Shown: piece after piece, positions 18,584 to 27,347 of the stretch
How positions within the stretch are numbered: position 1 is the first letter of the stretch
Layout: each line of letters begins with the position of its first letter
Assembly (NCBI GenBank): GCA_016211105.1
Contig: JACQSX010000050.1
Coordinates: 59,347-123,346 of the forward strand
Direction: 5' to 3'
Source of the DNA: Acidobacteriota bacterium
Lineage (GTDB): Bacteria; Acidobacteriota; UBA6911; JACQSX01
Length of the DNA stretch: 64,000 nucleotides
Program-made: the position numbers and the translations under genes
The notes under the pieces: generated by a model
Database searches by the model: none
Told to the model about the DNA's origin: nothing
The model's input: only the letters and a program-made list of their open reading frames with translations

Positions 18584-19659
18584 TAGCGATTGACCTGCTC
18601 TGGATCAAAAGCTTGGGACTCAAGCACCGCCCGAGCAAAGGCAAATAGCTTTTGGCGCACGGTTTCTCTCAAGGTCGGATACCACACGGGGCTGGCCATG
18701 ACGAGCGCTCGAAAGGCAAAAAATGGCGCGGCCACCTCTAGAATCTGCTGTTCACCACTCCCTTGCAAATAACGTTCCCAGAATCGACGAAACAGAATCT
18801 CCAGGTTTCCTTCCAGACGCTCGCCGCGCTGAAGCGAAAAGAACAGGTAGTTCATTGTCAAACTTGCGACATCGTCGGCCGGCTCACCCCACTCCCCGCG
18901 CGCGCGATCCAGAACGGTGAAGTCGGTTCCCTCACGAAACAATATATTCCAAGGGTGAAAATCTCCATGAACTTGGCGAAGTCGATGGGTATAAGACTTA
19001 AGCTTCCAACGCCAACGCACGCAGAAATGCTCGATCTCTTCCAGCAGTCTCGATGTTATAAAGCCAAATCGCGCCGGATAACCATCCAGAATGCCCATGA
19101 TACATTCTCCGTGGCCAACCAATTCACGGACGCGACGAATATAGAGTTCCGGGTCGCGACCGCGCTCGCGGTGGATTTCAACCAAATAGTTGCACAGGGC
19201 ATCCGCTCTAGCAGTATCCAGATCGGCGAGGCAGCCGCCATCTCGCAGGCGTTCGAGGTCATGGAAATACTCTTGACCGCTCACATATTCGTTTAAGATG
19301 AAGAACTCTCGCACGTCTCGTAAGGAGAGGAGTTCCCCTTCTTTACCAAAACCTCCTACATCCAGACTGTGGGCATGCTGAGGCAATTGGTTGTAAGTAT
19401 GGTGACTCCAGAGTAATATCCGCGCTCGATCTGCCATATGCTGATGATCAAAAGGACCTGGACTGATCGTTTCCAGCACCACCGACTGACGCCGGCCAGA
19501 AACTTCGCATTCCAAACGAACCGGGACACCATAGCCATAACCTTTGAGCGCCTCCGACGAGCGCGGTTCCCCCAGCAAAGACACACCCAGAAGTCGGACA
19601 CGCTCCCTGAAGACGGACGATAGATAGACCTGCAATTTACTTTCATCCAACTCGAACAT
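18571..19659 (-). CDS. APH-fold small-molecule kinase (aminoglycoside phosphotransferase / choline kinase superfamily)
   Basis: Catalytic HGDFHPWNILF motif; internal ATG 19659 preceded by GAGGTGA; 13-nt gap after radical SAM gene. Confidence 0.7.
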   Translation of the reverse strand: MFELDESKLQVYLSSVFRERVRLLGVSLLGEPRSSEALKGYGYGVPVRLECEVSGRRQSVVLETISPGPFDHQHMADRARILLWSHHTYNQLPQHAHSLDVGGFGKEGELLSLRDVREFFILNEYVSGQEYFHDLERLRDGGCLADLDTARADALCNYLVEIHRERGRDPELYIRRVRELVGHGECIMGILDGYPARFGFITSRLLEEIEHFCVRWRWKLKSYTHRLRQVHGDFHPWNILFREGTDFTVLDRARGEWGEPADDVASLTMNYLFFSLQRGERLEGNLEILFRRFWERYLQGSGEQQILEVAAPFFAFRALVMASPVWYPTLRETVRQKLFAFARAVLESQAFDPEQVNRYCGS

Positions 19660-19672
19660 TTTCACCTCAGCC

Positions 19673-20791
19673 TCACGTCCACTCGGGAAGCGCCTGCTTA
19701 CGTTCTGCAGGGTCCCGGCCGGCCAGCCCAACCCCGTCGATGCGAGCGCCACAATCCGGGCACTGAGAATCTTCCATGTAACTTTCCAACACCGAAAGTC
19801 CGTATCTTGAGATCAAGACTCGTTCGCACTGGTAGCAATAACTGCTTTCGCCTACCTCCCCTGGAACGTTGCCTAGGTAAACATACCGGAGCCCCACGTC
19901 CAAACCGATCTTCCGGGCCTTACGGAGAGTGCTCACAGGAGTCCTTGGCGTATCGACCATTTTGTAGGCGGGATAGAACTGACTAATATGCCAAGGGATA
20001 TCGTCGCCCACGCTCTTGAGGAACTGAGCAATCTGCCTCAACTCGCGGTCGGAGTCATTGCAACCAGGGATGACCAAGGTAGTGACCTCAATCCAGATTC
20101 CCAGTTCCTTGTACCTTCGGATCGAGTCCAGCACAGGTTGCAACCTGGCGCCACAGATCTTCTTATAGAACTCGTCTGTGAACCCTTTGAGATCGATGTT
20201 GGCCGCGTGAAGATACGGCCGGATGGTAAGCAGCGCTTCAGCGCCGATATACCCATTAGTGACAAACACATTCTTCAGCCCTTCTTTGGTCGCACATCGC
20301 GCCGTATCATATGCCAGTTCAAAAAAGACGGTCGGCTCAGTATAAGTGTAAGCAATCACCTCACAGCCAGAGGCTTTCGCCGCCTGCACGATTTGTTCGG
20401 GAGTGACCTTTTCCCCAGGAATTCCTCCCTCAAACCGAGAGCGGATTGGCTGGAGATCCCCCCAAAGAACTTCCGCCTTGTGGCGGTGAGCCCTTTTTGG
20501 ATATTGCGCAATTTCATAGTTCTGGCAGAAAAAGCAACGGAAATTACATCCCACCGTCGCAACAGAATATGCTCTCGCGCCGGGATAAAAATGAAAAAGT
20601 GGCTTCTTCTCGATCGGATCAATTTCTCGCGATACCACCCGATCGTGGACGAGGGTATAGAGTTGTCCGCCATGGTTGACCCGGACTCCGCAAACACCCG
20701 GCCTCCCCTCCCCTATACTGCAGAAATGGCTACAGAGGGTACACCGGACTCGGTCGCCGGCCAGTTTCTCGTAGAAAAGTGCCTCCCTCAT
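19673..20791 (-). CDS. AmmeMemoRadiSam-type radical SAM enzyme (PFL-activase-like)
   Basis: N-terminal FYEKLAGDRVRCTLCSHFC plus radical SAM CNFRCFFCQN; family-typical layout. Confidence 0.8.
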   Translation of the reverse strand: MREALFYEKLAGDRVRCTLCSHFCSIGEGRPGVCGVRVNHGGQLYTLVHDRVVSREIDPIEKKPLFHFYPGARAYSVATVGCNFRCFFCQNYEIAQYPKRAHRHKAEVLWGDLQPIRSRFEGGIPGEKVTPEQIVQAAKASGCEVIAYTYTEPTVFFELAYDTARCATKEGLKNVFVTNGYIGAEALLTIRPYLHAANIDLKGFTDEFYKKICGARLQPVLDSIRRYKELGIWIEVTTLVIPGCNDSDRELRQIAQFLKSVGDDIPWHISQFYPAYKMVDTPRTPVSTLRKARKIGLDVGLRYVYLGNVPGEVGESSYCYQCERVLISRYGLSVLESYMEDSQCPDCGARIDGVGLAGRDPAERKQALPEWT

Positions 20792-21196
20792 AATTGGATA
20801 CGCGCCTTATTGTACCCGCCTTTTTGCCTCCTCAAACAATGTGAGAAACCTTCCTTTGTGTTAGAGGACGTCACTAGGATTTCGGGCTTCACCACAGAGA
20901 GTTCGGGTCGGCCTCATTTCCGCGATCGTTCATTCACAGTCTGCAGCGCAAACATCGTGCCAGAACGCGATCGAAGATCGCGTATTCGCTGTCTCTCGCG
21001 AAAGTCCCTTACGCGCAAACCAATCGCTCGATTCAGCAAGGTTGAGACAGTAAAAATTACCGGAAGGACATGGAGCTCAGTTAACGATTTTGGGATGGGG
21101 CAGCCACCTTAACCTTCAATCAATAGAGGATATTCTTCTTTGGATAGACTCTTGCGTGCAGCCGTTCTTTCTAGGCAAACGGCCTACGGAGGAGCT

Positions 21197-21394
21197 ATGT
21201 TGAAAAACTTCACTTTTCTATCCATCTCAGCAGCATTTCTGAGCGTGTTGATTGGCTTTATCGCGCGAGTCCAGGATTCGCGCATTTTCATATCTACGCG
21301 TAGCTGGCTCCTCGCGGGCGCTTTTTTCTTGCTGGTTGCGATTTGCTTTGAGCTACTATCGATTGACCAGCACCTGGAAAAACCTCGTACCTAG
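21197..21394 (+). CDS. small membrane protein (2 predicted TM helices)
   Basis: ATG with GGAGG 5 nt upstream; two hydrophobic stretches. Confidence 0.4.
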   Translation: MLKNFTFLSISAAFLSVLIGFIARVQDSRIFISTRSWLLAGAFFLLVAICFELLSIDQHLEKPRT

Positions 21395-21509
21395 CAGGAA
21401 AATCCCTTACTCGTTCCCATGAGTCAAGCCGTCAGCAGGTTTCAGCCCTTGCTCCGTTCGCCCCAGGAACAGGCAGGCGGGCACCGACAGTCAGGTCGGC
21501 AGGAGGTTT

Positions 21510-22034
21510 TTAGTCCCTGTGCCACGACACGCGGGCGAGCTCATTTTCATGAGAGAAATCATAGCGTACTTTGCCACTGAAGGCCTTTTCCAACGCATGA
21601 CCAAGTCGTTGCGCAAGGTGTTGCGTGGTCGTTGAAACAACGAGCCGACCGCTCTCATCCGTTTCCCATTTCATGATCCGGGCCAACGGATTATCCTCAG
21701 CCGCTCGATCAGCTTCGTTTCTAAGAAGTCGGCGTACTTCGTTACGGTGCGTTTCCAGGAAAGCACCCTCCAGATAGAGAAAGCCACGCGGAATCCCCAC
21801 CTTTTGCTGTTGGCAAGCTGGACAGACGACAGCTTGCGCCGGATGCCAGTGCTTGTGTTTGCGATTCCCTTTCCGAACCTCGGCGGCAGCCACCCAACGT
21901 CGGTCGGAGTAAACTGCACCGCACACATTGCACACTTCTGGTTCCACAGGGGCACGCGGCGTATGGTGGCGTCCCGCCTCGTGATCCACACGCTTGGTGA
22001 AGGTGGCGTTTGTATATCGCTTACGGCTTCGCAT
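21510..22034 (-). CDS. zinc-ribbon protein, function unknown
   Basis: Two CxxC pairs (CNVCG...CPAC); AAGGAGG 5 nt upstream of ATG. Confidence 0.55.
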   Translation of the reverse strand: MRSRKRYTNATFTKRVDHEAGRHHTPRAPVEPEVCNVCGAVYSDRRWVAAAEVRKGNRKHKHWHPAQAVVCPACQQQKVGIPRGFLYLEGAFLETHRNEVRRLLRNEADRAAEDNPLARIMKWETDESGRLVVSTTTQHLAQRLGHALEKAFSGKVRYDFSHENELARVSWHRD

Positions 22035-22195
22035 GCAACCTCCTTCTGAAACTTAACCGCCCTTCGAATAAGCAATAAATGGGCCGACCCTCCTGCCTTC
22101 GAATCGGCAAGATTCGCCGACCGGAGTGGACTTTGAATTGCTTAATTCCCTTCGCATTGCGCGCCAAGACACGCAAGGAAATCCGATACCGAACG

Positions 22196-22627
22196 ATGTC
22201 CAAAAAATCGATCCGTTCACAAGACCTGGGAATCAATTTAAAATCCAAACACGAGGAAGACCTCTTTAGATGGTTCTTAGCTTGCCTCCTGTTTGGCAAG
22301 CCGATCCAACAAAAAGTCGCACAGCACACTTACTTTGAGTTCGTCAGGGAAGGACTCGTGACTCCTGACGCCATCCTCAAAGCTGGCTGGGACAAACTGG
22401 TCGAAGTGCTCGACCGCGGCCATTATGTACGCTACGATTTCTCCACCGCAGCAAAACTTTTGCACATCTGCAGGGAATTAGAGGACCGATACGGCAGCGT
22501 CACCGGCCTTCTCGAACAGTCAGAAAACAGAAAATCCTTGATCCGGCGTCTGCAGCAGTTCGATGGAATAGGACCGGTGACCACTCGTATTTTCCTTCGC
22601 GATGTCGGGCCGATATGGTTTCAATAA
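22196..22627 (+). CDS. small helix-hairpin-helix protein (possible DNA-glycosylase-like fold)
   Basis: HhH-like FDGIGPVTTRIFLRDV near C-terminus; internal ATG chosen. Confidence 0.45.
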   Translation: MSKKSIRSQDLGINLKSKHEEDLFRWFLACLLFGKPIQQKVAQHTYFEFVREGLVTPDAILKAGWDKLVEVLDRGHYVRYDFSTAAKLLHICRELEDRYGSVTGLLEQSENRKSLIRRLQQFDGIGPVTTRIFLRDVGPIWFQ

Positions 22628-22678
22628 ATTTTCCAAGAATGTTGGAACTATACTGCCCGACGCTGCAGAGACGGTTGT

Positions 22679-24322
22679 TTAACTGGCCTCCGTCGGCGTC
22701 AACAGCGACTTCAACCCCCGTATCTGGCCGGCGCGGCGGAGCTTGCGCAGTGCCTGCTTTTCAATTTGACGAATTCTCTCTCGAGTCACCGAGAATCTCT
22801 CTCCCACTTCCTCCAGCGTGCGTTCACTGTCATCCCCAATTCCAAAACGCATGCGGATAACCTGCTCTTCTCGCGGAGTCAGCGTTTGCAGCACCACTGC
22901 GGTTTTCCCCTTCAGGTCACTGGTAAGAACTGACTCAACAGGAGAAACGGCACGACGATCCTTGATAAAGTCACCCAAGTGATCGTCTTCCTCTCCGATA
23001 GGCGTTTCTAAAGAGACCGGCTCTTGGGCAATCTTCAACGTCTCTTGAACCTTCCAAACAGGAAGCTCCAACTTCTTGGCAATCTCCTCCGACGTTGGTT
23101 CCCGCCCATATTCCTGCACCAAGCTGCGTGAGACTCGGACCACTTTGTTGATCGTCTCCACCATATGAACAGGAACACGGATCGTACGGGCCTGATCCGC
23201 AATCGCCCGCGTGATCGCCTGACGGATCCACCACGTCGCATAGGTGCTAAATTTATACCCCCGTCGATACTCAAACTTATCGACCGCCCTCATCAACCCA
23301 ATGTTGCCTTCCTGAATCAAATCCAGAAACTGCAGCCCACGGTTCATGTACTTCTTGGCGATGGAAACGACCAGCCGCAGATTGGCCTCTACCATTTCCT
23401 TCTTGGCAATGTCGGCCTCCAACTCCCCAGTCTTGATTGCCGCGAGTGCCCGCTTCAACTCTGGCACGCTTTGCAGCGCCGATGCCTCAATCTCCTTCAT
23501 TTCCCGTCGAATCTGTCGCAAACGCATCTTGATCTTCTTGTGCTCCTCCCGCGCTAGTGGACCTTTTTGCAGCCTCCGTAAGGTTAGCGACTCGCGTTGC
23601 AGAGCCAGTAGCCGGTTGACCCGCAACTTGATCAAGTCAGTCAAATGAGCGCGCGTACCTGCCGCCATCTCCAAATTGCAAATCCGATGGGCCATAGCAA
23701 CACGCAAACGCGCCAACCGATAGAGGAATCTCTTGTAGGGGGAGGATCCTTTGCGCACTCTCTCCAGCTTCTTGCAAAGCCGAGCCGCTTCCGTTTGCAG
23801 CTCCACAATTCCTCCCACAACATGCAACACTCGCCGGCAGTGTTTCTCAGTAGCCTTGTCGCTGATCTCTTCTTCACGAAGCTGGATAAAATCTTTAAGT
23901 TCATGCTCACCCCGGCGCAGCGCCTCCCCTGTCTTGATGACGTCGTTGACCACTAGAGGACAGCGCGACAATGCCTTGAGCACGGTATTTTGGCCCCGCT
24001 CGATGCGCTTGGCAATCTCCACTTCCCCTTCCCGGCTCAATAAGGGAACCGCTCCCATCTCGCGCAGGTACAATCTAACAGGGTCGGTGTCTTGCCCCAG
24101 CTCTTCAAATTCAAGCTCCGATTCTTTCTCCTCCCACCCTTCCTCAGGGTGATCGGCTTTCCTTTGAGCGCCTGGAAGTCTGGTCTCCAAGCTCGCGATT
24201 TCATCGACCGCTCCCAATAAGCCAAACGCGCCCTCTGGAGCCACCAAAAACTGCCCAGGGTAACGCCGGATGTCGTCGCTCTCATCGAAGTGTTGCTTCT
24301 TTTCTTTGCTGAGGTCGATCAA
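22679..24322 (-). CDS. rpoD: RNA polymerase sigma-70 factor RpoD
   Basis: Regions 2-4 conserved ([53 protein letters not shown]); TTG start. Confidence 0.9.
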   Translation of the reverse strand: MIDLSKEKKQHFDESDDIRRYPGQFLVAPEGAFGLLGAVDEIASLETRLPGAQRKADHPEEGWEEKESELEFEELGQDTDPVRLYLREMGAVPLLSREGEVEIAKRIERGQNTVLKALSRCPLVVNDVIKTGEALRRGEHELKDFIQLREEEISDKATEKHCRRVLHVVGGIVELQTEAARLCKKLERVRKGSSPYKRFLYRLARLRVAMAHRICNLEMAAGTRAHLTDLIKLRVNRLLALQRESLTLRRLQKGPLAREEHKKIKMRLRQIRREMKEIEASALQSVPELKRALAAIKTGELEADIAKKEMVEANLRLVVSIAKKYMNRGLQFLDLIQEGNIGLMRAVDKFEYRRGYKFSTYATWWIRQAITRAIADQARTIRVPVHMVETINKVVRVSRSLVQEYGREPTSEEIAKKLELPVWKVQETLKIAQEPVSLETPIGEEDDHLGDFIKDRRAVSPVESVLTSDLKGKTAVVLQTLTPREEQVIRMRFGIGDDSERTLEEVGERFSVTRERIRQIEKQALRKLRRAGQIRGLKSLLTPTEAS

Positions 24323-24528
24323 ATTTATTTTGCTCCTTCGTATCTACATTCTTAAGACGATCCAAAATTCTCTTCGGATCTGTGGTGTCCCGAGGCAAGC
24401 ATTCAATGCATCCAGAGATTCGGGAAAGAAAACCACAAAATTTTAGATGCCAACGAAAGACAATAGTTTCCAAATATTTGGCAGACGGCGGTCCTGCGGC
24501 GTGCGATGGCCGGAAAAGCGTATCTCGG

Positions 24529-26742
24529 TTAAAAATCAAAAGAATGGGTAAATTTGACGATCAGAGATCGATCTAACTGGGTGACAGAGCCAGTCTTTAT
24601 GCGAAAATCGTTGTAGACGACGAAAAGATTGTCGCCAGGTCGATAGATGTAGTTGAGCCGAAAGTTCACTCCAAACAAGTCGCCGGCGCTGTTGTACTGG
24701 ACCAGGGTACTAGTCAACCATTTCCGGCTGAGCGCCAGGTTGAAACGATTATTCATCAGGTGGAAAACGACCGCTGCCTGCCCTGGCAACCTGATCCGGT
24801 TGATCGAATAGTCAATCTCAGTAGAAAAGCGCCGTCCCAGCTTTACCACCGGCTGTAGCATGATCAACTGGCGTCTTCCACCTTTGCCATAGTAGTCCTT
24901 TTCATGCCGGTACTGAAAACTGCCGCTCAACTTGCGGGCGGGATTGAAGACATAAGTAACTGGCAAATACCACCAACTGTAGCGCCCAGGTGGAACAATT
25001 AATCCGCCGGGAAGATACAATGGTTTCACCAAGTTCTCGATTTGGCGATGGGGTGGAGCCCGAAATTGGCTTCCATCTTGAAAGTTAATGAAGTTGTTCA
25101 AATGGATATGCTGCGTATTCAGTTGATCATCTTCCAGTCTGACAATGTGCTCCATGCGAAAGGAGAACTCGAACTGGCGGATCTTCTTGCTTTGGCGGGG
25201 GCGTGGGAAAATTCCGAACCTGGGCTCATACCTTCGCACTCCCACGTGCGACAGAAAACCCAGGTCGGATTCAAAATTTCCCTCGACCACAGCATAATCC
25301 ATCCCAGCGTTAAAAAAATCATCCTCCCAGGACGCTCCCAGGATCCCCATCCATTGTTTATCCTGAATTCTATCGGTGAAAGACTTGGCGAGGGTTCCCG
25401 TAACCTTCATGTGCTTCAGGAAAACCAGGTTTTGGTCGACCCCAATCAAACGATTGTAATCTCCACCCTTCGCCTGCCGATTGGTAAGCAACAATCCCAG
25501 CGAAGAGCGGGAAAAAATGTTTCGCTTCAAGCGTAAGACCGCAAAGTTATCGCCCGGCTTTGCCTGATAGTCACTCGTTTGAGCTTCCAACAATCCCACA
25601 GTGAATTTTTCTCCCAGTTTTCCCGTCATCTTGGCACCGGCCAAGATGGGAATGGCTTTCCCATCTTTCGAAAGGCCGATCGTGCGGCTGTGGTAAAGTT
25701 TGATTTGGGGTATTCCCTCAGTGCGTCCAATGGACTCTGCGCGCAGAACGCCGAACTCGAAGACACCTGCTCCCTCAAGGAAGAACTCACGCTTTTCGGG
25801 GAAGAAGACCGGAAAACGGTCAAAGTTGATGATTTGATTGTCAACTTCTGTTTGGGCAAAATCCGTATTTACGGTCAAGTCTAGCGTCAGGCCGGGTGTA
25901 ACCGGATACTTGAGGTCCTCCAGGCCCACGTCGCCCAGAAAACTCGTGTTTCGGTTTGTACCCCCTTGCGTGATCATGCGGGTATTGATGTAGGGCTTGA
26001 CTCGAACCCTTAAGCCCGTCTCCGGCGCCACCATGCCCATCAGATGCCCTGCCTGTGAGACCTGGTTAAAGTTAAAGTTGCGGCTGTAATTATTCCAATA
26101 GGCGAACTCGTTTCTGCGTCGAATGACACGTTCAAAGTCGATGCCGAAAATCGGCTTCTCCTCCGAAGCTGAAAAGCGGATGGACTTCAACGGAATCTTA
26201 ATCTCAGCCGACCAGCCAGATTCGTCAATGTTGGTTTCGGCCTCCCATCTTTCGTCCCAACTGACATTGACGTCCTTGCTCTCTTCAACGACCAACGCGT
26301 CGTATTGCGTGCCTCTAGGGTTGATCCGGAACAAGAATGAGTTTCGGTGATCATGGAAGGTGTCGATGATGACGGCAAAGCTGTCGTCATTGCCAAAGCT
26401 GTTGTCGCGCCGCAATTCCGTAGCCAAAATGCCGGGCATATCACTGTCAAAGCATTTCACACCGAAATAAAGACTCTTCTCATCGTACAGAGCACGCACT
26501 TCGGTCCTCTCAGTTGCGGGCAGTCCCTCTTTCGGATCTCTCTGTATGAAATCCTTGGCGGCTTCTACATCCGCCCATACTTTCTCGTCCAATAAGCCAT
26601 CCAGCTTTGGGGCCTGAGCCACCTTGAGGATCTGCACGGACCTCCTGCCATGTGTCCCCCCAGGCACAGGCGCCTGAGCTGCCAAGAATGGCTCCAAGAA
26701 AATCACTACCATCACAAAGCGATACAAACCTTTTATTGTCAA
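24529..26742 (-). CDS. large secreted/outer-membrane protein, DUF5916/CBM9-like N-terminal domain
   Basis: Signal peptide MTIKGLYRFVMVVIFLEPFLAAQA; 737 aa; TTG start uncertain. Confidence 0.65.
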   Translation of the reverse strand: MTIKGLYRFVMVVIFLEPFLAAQAPVPGGTHGRRSVQILKVAQAPKLDGLLDEKVWADVEAAKDFIQRDPKEGLPATERTEVRALYDEKSLYFGVKCFDSDMPGILATELRRDNSFGNDDSFAVIIDTFHDHRNSFLFRINPRGTQYDALVVEESKDVNVSWDERWEAETNIDESGWSAEIKIPLKSIRFSASEEKPIFGIDFERVIRRRNEFAYWNNYSRNFNFNQVSQAGHLMGMVAPETGLRVRVKPYINTRMITQGGTNRNTSFLGDVGLEDLKYPVTPGLTLDLTVNTDFAQTEVDNQIINFDRFPVFFPEKREFFLEGAGVFEFGVLRAESIGRTEGIPQIKLYHSRTIGLSKDGKAIPILAGAKMTGKLGEKFTVGLLEAQTSDYQAKPGDNFAVLRLKRNIFSRSSLGLLLTNRQAKGGDYNRLIGVDQNLVFLKHMKVTGTLAKSFTDRIQDKQWMGILGASWEDDFFNAGMDYAVVEGNFESDLGFLSHVGVRRYEPRFGIFPRPRQSKKIRQFEFSFRMEHIVRLEDDQLNTQHIHLNNFINFQDGSQFRAPPHRQIENLVKPLYLPGGLIVPPGRYSWWYLPVTYVFNPARKLSGSFQYRHEKDYYGKGGRRQLIMLQPVVKLGRRFSTEIDYSINRIRLPGQAAVVFHLMNNRFNLALSRKWLTSTLVQYNSAGDLFGVNFRLNYIYRPGDNLFVVYNDFRIKTGSVTQLDRSLIVKFTHSFDF

Positions 26743-26919
26743 ATTCGGAGGTTACCGCCCTCTCTTGCAGTTTTTAAAATCGGCGTAGCCTATCAGTTTT
26801 CGCGCGCTAATTCAAAGAGCAATTTCAATCCCGAAGCTACCTCTCCGAAAGACTGCGGACAAATGGGGCCGTTTGGCCTATCATTGGGAAGTCCAATATG
26901 AGTCAAAGCAGGAGGACAG

Positions 26920-27042
26920 ATGAAACCCTGCAGAGAATGTCGGCATGAGATTTCAGAACAGGCAGTCTCTTGTCCCCAATGCGGGGCACCGTTTCCCGCC
27001 AGAGACAAATGGGATGGTTGGGGCTATGAGTACAAATCCTGA
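26920..27042 (+). CDS. zinc-ribbon peptide (40 aa), likely N-terminal part of one gene interrupted by in-frame TGA
   Basis: ATG at 26920 with GGAGGA 4 nt upstream; MKPCRECRHEISEQAVSCPQCGAPF (CxxC-x13-CxxC); stop TGA 27040-27042 in same frame as next ORF. Confidence 0.45.
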   Translation: MKPCRECRHEISEQAVSCPQCGAPFPARDKWDGWGYEYKS

Positions 27043-27057
27043 CTTACCATTTTCGGA

Positions 27058-27330
27058 TTGCCCCTTGTCCATGTCTCTTTCAAATATCGGCCAAACCGAG
27101 TACCCGTCGTAGCAAAAGGCATCATCGCCATTGGGCAGTTTGGGTGTCGTGTCATTACCATCGCTCAGTTTGGCATCGGGCTCTTCAGCGTCAGCCAGTT
27201 CACTGTTGCGGCCTTTGCCCTTGCGCAGTTCGCGTTGGCTTATTCTCTGATTGCCCAAATCGGTCTGTATATCCACCAACGATACGGACAGTTCGTGAAA
27301 GGCGTGATGGAAGTCATCAAGACTCTCTAA
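27058..27330 (+). CDS. decapeptide-repeat protein (five AQFG-type repeats of 10 aa)
   Basis: Repeats AIGQFG/TIAQFG/SVSQFT/ALAQFA/LIAQIG with 30-nt period, conserved at protein more than DNA level; no ATG start, same frame as zinc-ribbon ORF. Confidence 0.45.
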   Translation: MPLVHVSFKYRPNRVPVVAKGIIAIGQFGCRVITIAQFGIGLFSVSQFTVAAFALAQFALAYSLIAQIGLYIHQRYGQFVKGVMEVIKTL

Positions 27331-27347
27331 AAACTGCATACAGCCTA

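Noticed and set aside
19988-21112. 374-aa plus-strand ORF
   Set aside because: Lies antisense to the well-supported radical SAM gene (19673-20791) and has no recognisable domain or RBS; a typical shadow ORF in GC-rich DNA.
26953-27339. 128-aa minus-strand ORF over the zinc-ribbon/repeat locus
   Set aside because: The plus strand carries a zinc-ribbon ORF with a strong RBS and protein-level conserved decapeptide repeats; the minus-strand product has no features.
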